Below, one piece after another: positions 37,584-49,409 of a stretch of 64,000 nt of DNA. Under the pieces are notes generated by a model. It saw nothing but the letters and a program-made list of their open reading frames with translations, was not told the DNA's origin and made no database searches. The first letter of the stretch is position 1, and every line of letters starts with the position of its first letter. The DNA is from Scyliorhinus canicula (lineage: Eukaryota), in contig NC_052176.1 of the NCBI RefSeq assembly GCF_902713615.1, positions 248,001 to 312,000 on the forward strand, read 5' to 3'. Position numbers and translations under genes: made by a program.

Positions 37584-39137
37584 CTAGGTGGGTGTGGTCT
37601 TCCTCATTGCTTGTCTGAGGGCCCATTTCCTCTTGTCCCAGAAGCACAGTAGGAGCATCTTGAAGGTGACGCGGAACTCCCTGTTGCACAGGGCGTAGCA
37701 CATGGGGTTAACAGTGCTGTTCAGGTAGCACAGCCAGTAACCCAAATGCCAGAGTCCCCTGGGTATGCAGCCTTCACAAAAGGCTGAAACCAGCACCATG
37801 ATGTTATAGGGGCACCAGGTAACAAAGAAAGCCAGCAAGATGGCCGACAGGGTTTTCGCCGCCTTCTTTTCCTTAATGATAGTCCTCCTCCTCGGAACCA
37901 CGCGGCTCTTGGGGTTGAAGGAACCGGCCAACGGTGCAGCCTTCGACAAGAGGGAGGAGCAAAACAGTTTTTTGAGTCCCTTGGGCGAGGAGCCATTGCC
38001 TGGCCTGGCCATCAGCTCCTGGCAAGTGAAGCTGCTTTCCTCCAGCTCCACCTCTTGCCCCGACTGACTGCTTCTCAGCAACGTCATGCTGACCGAGACG
38101 GCGGCATCCACGGTGGAGGCCGGATGGATTATCTGCCCGCCTGGTTTGATTAACACCGGCTGGGTGTGCAGGCAGCAGGGCCACAACGGTGTTCCCTCTG
38201 ACCCTGGAGGACCGTCAGACGGCGGGGCTGCGGGCTCCGGCCTCATACTTTCAGAGCTGGCACAGCTGCTGTCGTCTTTCTCCCGGTCCACTTTGAGGAG
38301 GGACAGGTGGTTCCTGGTGAGGGCGGAGGACTCCCCATCCTCCCTGCAGAGCCGCTGAGCTCCTCCAGCGTCCTGGGACCTCGGGCAACTGTCGTTGCCC
38401 CGGTGGCTGCCCGTGGAGTTCCCGCTGTAGCTGTCCTCCCTTCCCTGGAGGGCGGCCAGCTCCTTGGTGCGCTGTGTGGTCTCGCTGTAGATGCGCCAGT
38501 ACAGGACGGCCATGATGGTGACGGGCAGGTAGAAGGCAGCGATGGCCGTGCAGACGGTAATGGCGGGCATGGATAAGAACTGGATGGAGCAGCTACCTGG
38601 CTTCAGTGTCCGCTGGCCCAAGACGTGCTGATAGAGCAAGATGGCGGGAGCCCAGAGGATAAAGGAGATGCTCCAAGCCAGAACGATAATGATGACGGCT
38701 TTCCTTGGGGTTCGCTTGGCTCTGTACGTCAGCGGGCGGGTGATGGAGAAGTACCGGTCGAAGCTGATCACCAGGAGATTCATGACGGACGCGTTGCTGG
38801 CAACGTAGTCCAAGGTGAGCCAGAGGTCGCAGGCCACACTGCCCAACGCCCAGCGGTCCATGACAATGTAGGTGGTGTAAAGGTTCATGGACAGGGCGCC
38901 AATGATCAGGTCCGCATAGGCCAAGCTGAGGAGGAAATAGTTATTCACCGTCTTCAGCTGCCGGTTGAATTTGAAGGACAGGACCACCAGGATATTGCCG
39001 GTGATGGTCACCAAGGACAGGCTGGCGGACACCAGTGTCAACAACACCACCTCCCAGACCCTGTGACCACCCAGCGGATCGTAGCTGGAGTTCCCCAGAG
39101 AAACCGTCGGCAACAGAGTGACTGCCGGGAGGGTCAT
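37584..39137 (-). CDS. CHRM1: muscarinic acetylcholine receptor M1, 517 aa, single coding exon
   Basis: 7TM with LDYVASNASVMNLLVISFDRY, WxPYN and GYWLCYxNSTxNPMCY. M1-type ELAALQG, KEKKAA and WDKRKW. ATG at 39137 (the track starts at a TTG). Acceptor TTTTCAG ends at 39221. Syntenic with INTS5 and DPF2. Confidence 0.9.
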   Translation of the reverse strand: MTLPAVTLLPTVSLGNSSYDPLGGHRVWEVVLLTLVSASLSLVTITGNILVVLSFKFNRQLKTVNNYFLLSLAYADLIIGALSMNLYTTYIVMDRWALGSVACDLWLTLDYVASNASVMNLLVISFDRYFSITRPLTYRAKRTPRKAVIIIVLAWSISFILWAPAILLYQHVLGQRTLKPGSCSIQFLSMPAITVCTAIAAFYLPVTIMAVLYWRIYSETTQRTKELAALQGREDSYSGNSTGSHRGNDSCPRSQDAGGAQRLCREDGESSALTRNHLSLLKVDREKDDSSCASSESMRPEPAAPPSDGPPGSEGTPLWPCCLHTQPVLIKPGGQIIHPASTVDAAVSVSMTLLRSSQSGQEVELEESSFTCQELMARPGNGSSPKGLKKLFCSSLLSKAAPLAGSFNPKSRVVPRRRTIIKEKKAAKTLSAILLAFFVTWCPYNIMVLVSAFCEGCIPRGLWHLGYWLCYLNSTVNPMCYALCNREFRVTFKMLLLCFWDKRKWALRQAMRKTTPT

Positions 39138-39884
39138 TGCCAAAGCTGAGCCATGTGGACAGTGTTCAAAGAAAGATCCTCACCGTCACCCATCCATCCG
39201 CCCAAAGTCAGAATACTCGTCTGAAAACAAAATCATTTGTGCGTTAATCGAAACGTTTGGACATCAATTCGCTCCCCGCTCCCCCCTCTCAAAACAGTAT
39301 TGATACATGAACACATTCTGCTATATAGACTTTTACAACTCGGAAAGAGGACTTCTGCCCAGCGTGTCCCCACTGGATATCAAGCACCGATCTACTCTAA
39401 ACCCGTTTTCCAGCACTCGACATGTAGCCGTGTCTGCTCTGGCATTTTGAGTGCTCATCGAAATTAAATGTGAGGGTCTCTGCCTCCACCACCCTTTCAG
39501 GCAGTGAGTTCCAGACTCCCAGCACCCTCTGGGTCAAGAAGCTTCCCTCAAATCCCCTCCACATCTCCTGCCCCTCACCTTAAATCTGTTCCCCCTGGTC
39601 ATTGATCCCTCTACCAAGGGGGAAAGTTCCTCCCTGCCCACTCTATGTCCCTCATAATTTTATCCACCTCAATCAGGTCCCCCCACGCCCCGGCCTCCTC
39701 CGCTCCGAGGAAAACAACCCCAGCCTCTCTTCCCAGCCGATACGCTCCATCCCAGACAACATCCTGGTGAATTTCCTCTGCAGCCTTTCTAGTTCAACCA
39801 TATCCTTGCTGTCGTGTGGCGATGAGAACGGAACAGTGTTCCAGCTTTGGCCGAATGAGTTTTATACAGCTCCCACCTAACAAT

Positions 39885-40180
39885 CTAATAATAATATTTA
39901 TTGTCTCCAGTCGGCTTACATTAACACTGCAGTGAAGTTACTGTGAAAAGCCCCTAGTCGCCACATTCCGGCGTCTGTTCGGGTACACTGAGGGAGAATT
40001 CAGAATGTCCAATTCACCTAACAGCACGTCTTTCGGGACTTGTGGGAGGAAACCGGAGCCCCCGGAGGAAAACCCACGCAGACACGGGGAGAACGTGCAG
40101 ACTCCGCACAGACAGTGACCCAAGCCGGGACCCTGGCGCTGTGAAACAACAGTGCTAACCATTGTGCTACCGTGCTGCCC
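39885..40180 (-). mobile_element. V-SINE variant with alternative tail and deleted B box
   Basis: Head GGGCAGCACGGTAGCAC; tail GGCGACTAGGGGCTTTTCACAGTAACTTCA... Confidence 0.85.
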
Positions 40181-40192
40181 AACAAACTCCCT

Positions 40193-40860
40193 GTGGTAAC
40201 GCAGGTTGATAGAGTGGTCAAGAAGGCATACAGCATGCTTGCCTTCATCGGACGGGGTATTGAGTACAAGAGTTGACAGGTCATGTTACAGTTGTATAGG
40301 ACTTTGGTTCGGCCACATTTGGAATACTGCGTGCAGTTCTGGTCGCCACATTACCAGAAGGATGTGGATGCTTTGGAGAGGGTGCAGAGGAGGTTCACCA
40401 GGATGTTGCCTGGTATAGAGGGTGCTAGCTATGAAGAAAGGTTGAGTAGATTAGGATTGTTTTCGTTGGAAAGACGGAGGTTGAGGGGGGGATCTGATTG
40501 AGGTGTACAAAATTATGAGAGGTATGGACAGAGTGGATAGCAACAAGCTTTTTCCAAGAGTGGGGGTGTCAATTACAAGGGGTCAGGATTTCAAGGTGAG
40601 AGGGGGAAAGTTTAAGGGAGATGTGCGTGGAAAGTTTTTTACGCAGAGGGTGGTGGGTGCCTGGAATGCTTTACCAGCGGAGGTGGTAGAGGCGGGCACG
40701 ATAGCATCATTTAAGATGCATCTGGACAGATATATGAACGGGCGGGAACGGAGGGAAGTAGACCTTGGAAAATAGGAGACAGGTTTAGATAAAGGATCTG
40801 GATCGGCGCAGGCTGGGAGGGCCGAAGGGCCTGTTCCTGTGCTGTAATTTTCTTTGTTTC
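40193..40860 (+). mobile_element. CR1 LINE 3' portion
   Basis: [24 protein letters not shown]...FFTQRVVGAWNALP plus tail; contains a stop and a frameshift. Confidence 0.92.
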
Positions 40861-41097
40861 TTCTTCAATGCCTTGGTTAATAAAGCCAAGTATCCCATAG
40901 GCCTTCTTGACCACCTTAACAACCAGCCCTGCTGTCTTCAGGGATCTGTGGACATGCAGCCCAAGGTCCCTCTGTTCCTCTGTACTTCCCAGGGACTGAC
41001 CATTCATTGTATATTCCCTTTGCCTTGTTAGTCATCCCAAAATACATCACCTCACACTTTTCAGGGTTAAATTCCATTGGCCACTTCTGCCCATCTG

Positions 41098-41354
41098 CGA
41101 CCAGGGACCCGGGTTCGATTCCCGGCCTGGGTCACTGTCTGTGCGGAGTCTGCACTTTCTCCCTGTGTCTGCGTGGGTTTCCTCCGGGTGCTCCGGTTTC
41201 CTCACACAAGACGTGCTTGTTGGGTGAATTGGACATTCTGAATTCTCTCTCAGTGTACCCGAACAGGCGGAATGTGGCGACTAGGGGCTTTTCACAGTAA
41301 CTTCATTGCAGTGTTAATGTAAACCTACTTGTGACAATAATAAAGATTATTATT
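41098..41354 (+). mobile_element. V-SINE variant, 5'-truncated, alternative tail
   Basis: GGTTCGATTCCC B box, V body, tail ending (ATT)n. Confidence 0.83.
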
Positions 41355-41890
41355 GATGGAAGGTGTCACAGAAATGCAAACAACAGGACCAATGTGCTCC
41401 TAACCCTGGGGCCGCTGGAAGAACAGAAGATTGTGATTCTGAGACTGGCCATCAGGAGGCGGTGTTGCGCGGATTACAGCTCAGTCTGTGAAGCAATGGG
41501 CTTTTATTTGCCCTCCTCCCACATTGTGACGTGTTGGTTTCATTTGTTTGTTCTACAGGGTTGGGCGGGTCGTGTGATGTTTGTTTCCTGACTGACCGGT
41601 CGGTGTAAACCTGTCTGTTAGCCGCATGATCGGCGTTCAGACGAGTCATTCTTCCTGGAAATCAGATGTGTCCCCGAACAGGTGCCGGAATGTGGCAATT
41701 CAGGGATTTTCACAGTAACTTCATTGCAGTGTTAATGGAAGCCTACTTGTGACACTCATAATAAATAATGAGTAATCCTGTTGGGGTGGGGCTGTGTGGG
41801 GGATCAAAGACGCAGGAACGGTCAGTGAGGGGTGCGTACAGTGCCAAATGGATTATTCCTGATTTGTTACCCCTAGCTCCCCTCCTACTC

Positions 41891-43050
41891 AGAGTGCCGC
41901 ACTGTCAGAGGGTCAGTACTGAGGGAACGCTGCACTGTCAGAGGGTCAGTACTGAGGGAGTGCTGCACTGTCAGGGGGTCAGTACTGAGGGAGTGCCGCA
42001 CTGTCAGAGGGTCAGTACTGAGGGAGTGCTGCACTGTCAGAGGGTCAGTACTGAGGGAGTGCCGCACTGTCAGAGGGTCAGTACTGAGGGAGCGCTGCAC
42101 TGTCAGAGAGTCAGTACTGAGGGAGTGCCGCACTGTCAGAGGGTCAGTACTGAGGGAGCGCCGCACTGTCAGAGGGGTCAGTACTGAGGGAGTGCCGCAC
42201 TGTCAGAGGGTCAGTACTGAGGGAGTGCCGCACTGTCAGAGGGTCAGTACTGAGGGAGTGCCGCACTGTCAGAGGGTCAGTACTGAGGGAGTGCCGCACT
42301 GTCAGAGGGTCAGTACTGAGCGAGTGCTGCACTGTCAGAGGGTCAGTACTGAGGGAGTGCCGCACTGTCAGAGGGTCAGTACTGAGGGAGTGCCGCACTG
42401 TCAGAGGGTCAGTACTGAGGGAGTGCTGCACTGTCAGAGGGTCAGTACTGAGGGAGTGCAGCACTGTCAGAGGGTCAGTACTGAGGGAGTGCTGCACTGT
42501 CAGAGGGTCAGTACTGAGGGAGTGCCGCACTGTCAGAGGGTCAGTACTGAGGGAGTGCTGCACTGTCAGAGGGTCAGTACTGAGGGAGTGCCGCACTGTT
42601 GGAGGGTCAGTACTGAGGGAGTGCCGCACTGTCAGAGGGTCAGTACTGAGGGAGTGCCGCACTGTCAGAGGGTCAGTACTGAGGGAGCGCCGCACTGTTG
42701 GAGGGTCAGTACTGAGGGAGTGCCGCACTGTCAGAGGGTCAGTACTGAGGGAGTGCCGCACTGTCAGAGGGTCAGTACTGAGGGAGTGCCGCACTGTCAG
42801 AGGGTCAGTACTGAGGGAGTGCCGCACTGTCAGAGGGTCAGTACTGAGGGAATGCCGCACTGTCAGAGGGTCAGTACTGAGGGAGTGCCGCACTGTCAGA
42901 GGGTCAGTACTGAGGGAGTGCTGCACTGTCAGAGGGTCAGTACTGAGGGAGTGCCGCACTGTCAGAGGGTCAGTACTGAGGGAGTGCTGCACTGTCAGAG
43001 GGTCAGTACTGAGGGAGTGCCGCACTGTCAGAGGGTCAGTACTGAGGGAG
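41891..43050 (-). repeat. 33-bp minisatellite, array C, about 35 copies
   Basis: Same unit as array B. Confidence 0.98.
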
Positions 43051-43442
43051 CTGGAAACTGGACACGTCAAGGAGGAAACCGGAGGAAGACTTGGGGTTCG
43101 AAATAGGGTGGAGATTCTGGAGCGAAGCACTGCACAGGGTCTACTCTACCTCCACATACGCGAGGCTCAACCTAACGCAGCTAAAAGTGGTACATAGAGC
43201 CCACTTGACCAGAATCCGAATGAGCAGGTTCTTCCCGGAGGTGGAGGATAGATGTGAACGGTGCCAAGGAGGCCTGGCCAACCACGCCCACATGTTCTGG
43301 TCTTGCCCCAGACTTGCTGGGTGCTGGACAGCCTTCTTCGAGGCAATGTCCAAGCTGGTGGGGATGAGAGTGGAGTCATGCCTGAAAGTGTCGGGCTTCG
43401 GGGTATCAGACCAGCCAGATCTCTTCATGGGGAGGAGGGCGG
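43051..43442 (+). mobile_element. L1-clade ORF2 C-terminal fragment (Cys/His zinc-binding region)
   Basis: QLKVVHRAHLT...CERC...HAHMFWSCP. Confidence 0.82.
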
Positions 43443-43863
43443 AGAAACAGAAAAAGGCACCACCCAGGTGCCCTCCACCCTAGAAAGAGTAAATAGAAGG
43501 GGGGGGGGGGTGAGGTAAAAGCCGCTGTCCTCTGACATATTTCCCAGACCCTTTGTGTTTTGATTTGCTGCATATATACCTGTATTATATCATGTTCAAA
43601 ACCGAACAAAAAACATCTAAAAAAAAGAAGGTATGGGACAGGGTTGGGGAGCGCTGGGTCTAAGTGGGGTTCTCTTTACAAGGGCCAGTGCAGACTCAAT
43701 GGGCCGAATGGCCTCCTTCTGCACTGCCGTGATTCTAAGTTACAAAGCCAGTGTCCGGGTTGGATGGGACAAGCCCTTTGTCCACCTCCTTGCTCGTTCT
43801 CAACAATTCAAGTTCAAATTGAATGCGATTCAGGTTCCCTCCGGTGAAGCACTTTCGGCCCAA

Positions 43864-44482
43864 GCTGACGGCAACGGGCGTTGCCCCTGGGCCTTGACCT
43901 TAGCCATGAGGTGAGGTGGTGACTCTGATGGGAACGGGCGTTGCCCCTGGGCCTTGACCTTAGCCATGAGGTGAGGCGGTGGCTCTGATGGGAACGGGCG
44001 TTGCCCCTGGGCCTTGACCTTAGCCATGAGGTGAGGCGGTGGCTCTGACGGGAACGGGCGTTGCCCCTGGGCCTTGACCTTAGCCATGAGGTGAGGCGGT
44101 GGCTCTGACGGGAACGGGCGTTGCCCCTGGGCCTTGACCTTAGCCATGAGGTGAGGTGGTGGCTCTGATGGGAACGGGTGTAGCCTCTGGGCCTTGACCT
44201 TAGCCATGAGGTGAGGTGGTGGCTCTGACAGGAACGGGCGTTGCCCCTGGGCCTTGACCTTAGCCATGAGGTGAGGTGGTGGCTCTGATGGGAACGGGTG
44301 TAGCCTCTGGGCCTTGACCTTAGCCATGAGGTGAGGTGGTGGCTCTGACAGGAACGGGCATTGCCCCTGGGCCTCGACCTTAGCCATGAGGTGAGGTGGT
44401 GACTCTGACGGGAACGGGTGTTGCCCCTGGGCCTTGACCTTAGCCATGAGGTGAGGTGGTGGCTCTGATGTAAACTGGGCGT
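43864..44482. repeat. 60-bp minisatellite, about 10 copies
   Basis: Exact 60-bp register (GGAACGGGCGTTGCCCCTGGGCCTTGACCTTAGCCATGAGGTGAGGTGGTGGCTCTGATG). Confidence 0.96.
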
Positions 44483-44577
44483 TTCCCTCGCCGTGTTTAC
44501 TGCTTTTTGCAGCCTGTTTACTCAGCAGCATCGAAGAATCAAACTCAGTAGCTGTGCGGTAATCCTTGTGTACGGAA

Positions 44578-44795
44578 GGGCAGCACGGCGGCACAGTGGT
44601 TAGCATTGCTGCCTGCGACACTGAGGACCCGGGTTCGAATCCCGGCCCTGGGTCACTCTGAGTTTGCACATTCTCCCCGTATCTGCGTGGGTTTCGCCCC
44701 CACAACCCAAAAGATGTGCCGGGTAGGTGGATTGGCCGCGCTAAATTGCCCCTTAATTGGTAAAAATTGGGCACTCTAAATTTTTTTTTAAAATT
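44578..44795 (+). mobile_element. V-SINE variant with AT-rich tail
   Basis: GGGCAGCACGGCGGCACAGTGG...GGTTCGAATCCC. Confidence 0.87.
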
Positions 44796-44799
44796 CCTT

Positions 44800-45410
44800 A
44801 TAAGAACATAAGAACTAGGAGCAGGAGTAGGCCATCTGGCCCCTCGAGCCTGCTCCGCCTTTCAATTAGATCATGGCTGATCTTTTGTGGACTCAGCTCC
44901 ACTTTCCGGCCCGAACACCATAACCCTTAATCCCTTTATTCTTCAAAAAACTATCTATCTTTACCTTAAAAACATGTAATGAAGGAGCCTCAACTGCTTC
45001 ACTGGGCAAGGAATTCCATAGATTCCCAACCCTTTGGGTGAAGAAGTTCCTCCTAAACTCAGTCCTAAATCTACTTCCCCTTATTTTGAGGCTATGCCCC
45101 CTAGTTCTGCTGTCACCCGCCAGTGGAAACAACCTGCCCGCATCTATCCTATCTATTCCCTTCATAATTTTAAATGTTTCTATAAGATCCCCCCTCATCC
45201 TTCTAAATTCCAATGAGTACAGTCCCAGTCTACTCAACCTCTCCTCATAATCCAACCCCTTCAGCTCTGGGATTAACCGAGTGAATCTCCTCTGCACACC
45301 CTCCAGCGCCAGTACGTCCTTTCTCAAGTAAGGAGACCAAAACTGAACACAATACCCCAGGTGTGGCCTCACTAACACCTTATACAATTGCAACATAACC
45401 TCCCTAGTCT
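44800..45410 (-). mobile_element. CR1 LINE 3' portion (second subfamily)
   Basis: [24 protein letters not shown]...LWNSLPSEAVEA plus a (TTCTTATG)-type tail. Confidence 0.92.
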
Positions 45411-45428
45411 TATGTACGGAGGGACCTA

Positions 45429-45810
45429 GGGGCTGGTTTAGCTCAGTGGGCTAGACGGCTGGTTTGTAATGCAGAACAAGGCCAGCAGCGGGAGCTCAAT
45501 CCCCATACCAGCTGAGAATTCTGAATTCTCCCAAACAGGCGCTGGAACGAGATGTGCAGGTTAGGCGGCTTGGCCATTCTAAATTGCCCTTAGTGTCCAA
45601 AACGGTTAGGTTGGGTTACGGGGATGAAGGGGACAGGGGGGGAGGCGTGGGGCTTAGGTAGGGTGCTCATTCCAAGGGCCGGTGCAGGCTCGATGGGCTG
45701 AATGGCCTCCTTCTGCACTGTAAATTCTATGATTCCATGATTAGGGGCTTTTCACAGTAACTTCATTGCAGTGTTAATGTAAGCCTACTTGTGACAATAA
45801 AGGTTATTTA
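45429..45810 (+). mobile_element. family B-like SINE with a V-SINE 3' half nested at about 45550-45740
   Basis: Head GGGGCTGGTTTAGCTCAG; tail resumes at TAGGGGCTTTTCACAG (45742). Confidence 0.72.
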
Positions 45811-46665
45811 TCTGTTAAATTGTCACAGAGAGTCGAGGGCTGTGCAGGTTGGGTTACAGGGATTGGGCGGGTAGAGTGTTTGGAGGCTCGATGCAGACCC
45901 AATGGGCCGAATGGCCTCCTTCTGTTGGGGATTGTACGATTCGATGAAAACCTCGCCTGCGGAGGGCTTTTGGCTTGAAGGGTCCGATACTCCAATGAAA
46001 CTACAGTCAGATCCACTACTTCTGGCCCCCATGATGTAGAAACCTGCGACACCCAGCAACAACACAAAGGGGCTGGTGTGCTGGCTGGAATGGCCGCAGG
46101 CTATTACACCAGGTAAACAAGAGCTTGATGGACGGACTGATTGGATACAGTTTCCAAAGAGCCAGCACAGATGGACTGAATGGGCTCCTTGGCAAAGTCT
46201 GATTCAGTCAAACAGGGCTGGGAGCTGTGCCAGAGGAGGTTCCAGCTCCTGGCCCACTGCGATTCCAGCTCCAAGTCCACTTCAGCGGCCTCCGAGGTTA
46301 CTTACAGGCATCCCTGAACCCCCCCAATGCCGCAGCCTCCTTACCCCAAACCCAGCCTGGGACCATCACTGATAGCTCACCCAGCCACAATCTCACCGGC
46401 GGCGTTCAGATGTGACCCTGGCCTATGTCCTGGAACCAGTCTGGCTGGTGGGTAGGTTCAGTAAGAAAGTCTTACAATACCACGTTAAAGTCCAACAGGT
46501 TCGTTGGGAATCATTGTAGTGATCTCTATTTGTGCATGTACCCTAACCCTAATGTGTAATCAGTAGCACTACATGATCACTAGAGGGCCGGACCAACAGG
46601 GGTATAAAAGGCAACCACATTGGGTCTCTCTCTCTCTCTTGGGTGCACTGTGACCAGGGCAGTAG

Positions 46666-47802
46666 CTCTGTAACCTCCTCCAGCCTTACACCCCTCCCTA
46701 TCTCTGTAACCTCCTCCAGCCCCTACACCCCTCCCTATCTCTGTAACCTCCTCCAGCCCCTACACCCCTCCCTATCTCTGTAACCTCCTCCAGCCTTACA
46801 CCCCTCCCTATCTCTGTAACCTCCTCCAGCCCCTACAACCCTCCCTATCTCTGTAACATCCTCCAGCCCCTACACCCCCTCCCTATCTCTGTAACATCCT
46901 CCAGCCCCTACAACCCTCCCTATCTCTGTATCCCCTCCAGTCCCTACAACCCTCCCTATCTCTGTAACCTCCTCCAGCCCCTACAACCCTCCCTATCTCT
47001 GTAACCTCCTCCAGCCCCTACAACCCTCCCTATCTCTGTAACCTCCTCCAGCCCCTACAACCCTCCCTATCTCTGTATCCTCCTCCAGTCCCTACAACCC
47101 TCCCTATCTCTGTATCCTCCTCCAGTCCCTACAATCCTCCCTATTTCTGTAACCTCCTCCAGCCTTACACCCCTCCCTATCTCTGTAACCTCCTCCAGCC
47201 CCTACACCCCTCCCTATCTCTGTAACCTCCTCCAGCCCCTACAACCCTCCCTATCTCTGTATCCTCCTCCCATCCCTACACCCCTCTCTATCTCTGTAAC
47301 CTCCTACACCCCCTCCCTATCTCTGTAACCTCCTCCAGCCCCTACAACCCTCCCTATCTCTGTATCCTCCTCCAGTCCCTACAACCCTCCCCATCTCTGT
47401 AACCTCCTCCAGCCCCTACAACCCTCCCTATCTCTGTAACCTCCTCCAGCCCCTACAACCCTCCCTATCTCTGTAACCTCCTCCAGCCCCTACAACCCTC
47501 CCTATCTCTGTAACCTCCTCCAGCCCCTACAACCCTCCCTATCTCTGTAACCTCCTCCAGCAACTAGAACCCTCCCTATCTCTGTAACCTCCTCCAGTCC
47601 CTACAACCCTCCCTATCTGTAACCTCCTCCAGCCCCTACACCCCTCCCTATCTCTGTAACCTCCTCCAGTCCCTACAACCCTCCCTATCTCTGTAACCCC
47701 CTCCAGCCCCTACAACCCTCCGAGATCTCTGCGCGTCTCCAAATCCGGCCCCTTGAAGAATTCCCCATTCCCATCGCTCCACCATTGGCGGCCGTGCCTT
47801 CT
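46666..47802 (+). repeat. 37-bp minisatellite (CCCTCCCTATCTCTGTAACCTCCTCCAGCCCCTACAA) running into an L2 LINE remnant
   Basis: Periodicity. The last unit continues into CCGAGATCTCTGCGC...ACCATTGGCGGCCGTGCCTTC (L2 ORF2 end, PRSLR...IGGRAF). Confidence 0.9.
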
Positions 47803-48133
47803 CGAGATTGGGGTTTGGAAATACCCGTGTGGAATCTGGATTCCGGTGAGATCGGTTGGCTGGCAGTGTAATAACCATCAGGGGATTGGAGGAAAAATCT
47901 ACAGAAGTAGATCTGAATTTACTGACAACATCATCGTATGAGATATATTTCGTAGCTTGTTATCCTTAAATTCAGTGTAGATTTGTGAAGATAAGTGGGC
48001 GTGGAGGAGTATTGCATTGTAATCAAACTTTCCATGTTTAATAAGTATTTATTTGTTGATAAGATTGTCTGTTCATCCACAATTTCTAAAAATGTTATGT
48101 CCTTTGCAGCCAGGGTTCCATTCTAGAACCTTT

Positions 48134-48564
48134 CTAATAATAATCTTTATTGCCACAAGTAGGCTGACATTAACACTGCAATGACGGGCTGGTTTAGCTC
48201 ACTCGGCTAAATCGCTGGCTTTGAAAGCAGGCCAAGCAGGCCAGCAGCACGGTTCGATTCCCGTACCAGCCTCCCCGAATAGGCGCCGGAATGTGGCGAC
48301 TAGGGGCTTTTCACAGTAACTTAATTTGAAGCATACTCGTGACAATAAGTGATTTCATTTCATTTCAAGTTACACATTCCGGCGCCTGTTCGGGTACACA
48401 GAGGTAGAATTCACCTCACAGCACGTCTTTCGGGACTTGTGGGAGGAAACCGGAGCACCCGGAGGAAACCCACGCAGACACGGGGAGAACGTGCAGACTC
48501 CACACAGAGAGTGACCCAAGCCGGGACCCTGGTGCTGTGAAGCAACAGTGCTACCGTGCTGCCC
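48134..48564 (-). mobile_element. V-SINE variant (B box deleted) with a family B SINE nested at 48186-48366 (+)
   Basis: Collinear with 39885-40180 once the insert is removed. Confidence 0.8.
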
Positions 48565-48570
48565 AACAAA

Positions 48571-48746
48571 CTCCCTATCTCTGTATCCTCCTCCAGTCCC
48601 TACAACCCTCCCTATCTCTCTAACCTCCTCCAGCTCTTACACCCCTCCCTATCTCTGTAACCTCCTCCAGCCCCTACACCCCCTCCCTATCTCTGTAACC
48701 TCCTCCAGCCCCTACAACCCTCCCTATCTCTGTAACCATCTCCAGT
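48571..48746 (+). repeat. second short 37-bp (L2-derived) array
   Basis: Same unit as the array at 46666. Confidence 0.9.
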
Positions 48747-49236
48747 CCAAACTAGCCTCTCTGACTGAGCTGTTGCCTGTCTGTCACTATTGTATCCGAG
48801 GTGTTTTTGGGCCAGGTTCTGTCGGAGTGAAGCCGCTATGAAGCAACTTTGGGCGTTTAACTGAGTTTGAGAATTGCGTAACGCTGTTACCTGCAGTATT
48901 GAATCTCCATTCTCAGGATGACTGTGGTCGGGGACAGGTAAGGGCAGGTTCAGAGTTAGTAATCCCTTCGAGCAGTCCCTTGGAATCACTGCTGAAATCA
49001 GCCTGTCTCCGATCTGACACTGGTGGGTGTGCTCACAGATAACAGCAGCACTCCTTCAATCTCCACATCCTCCAGCGATTTGTGAACTCAACGTGCTCCG
49101 GGCTGGGCGTGGCTCCCAATATCTCTCACTGTACAAATATCCTCTCAAATACACTGCTCGACAATTATACATACACACTCACACACTATAGACACACACA
49201 CCCACACACCACAGACACACACCCAGAGGGTCAGTA

Positions 49237-49409
49237 GGGGCTGGTTTAGCACACGGCTAAATCGCTGGCTTTGCCAGCAGCACGGGTTCAATTCCCGTAC
49301 CAGCCTCCCCGAACAGGCGCCGGAATGTGGCGACTAGGGGCTTTTCACAGCAACTTCATTTGAAGCCTATTCGTGACAGTAAAGGATTTACATTTTCATT
49401 TTTCATTTC
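49237..49409 (+). mobile_element. family B SINE
   Basis: Matches the copy at 20183; its (TTTCA)n tail runs directly into array D. Confidence 0.83.

Larger units (their letters stand above)
39300..41095 (-). mobile_element. old CR1 split into 39300-39883 and 40866-41095 by nested inserts
   Basis: Right part ends ...KKAYGILGFINQGIE; left part resumes VRWELYKT; collinear with CR1 ORF2. Confidence 0.72.

Noticed and set aside
46460-46665. Possible Penelope-like scrap and LTR start with TATAAAA
   Set aside because: Too short and degraded to support without a database search.
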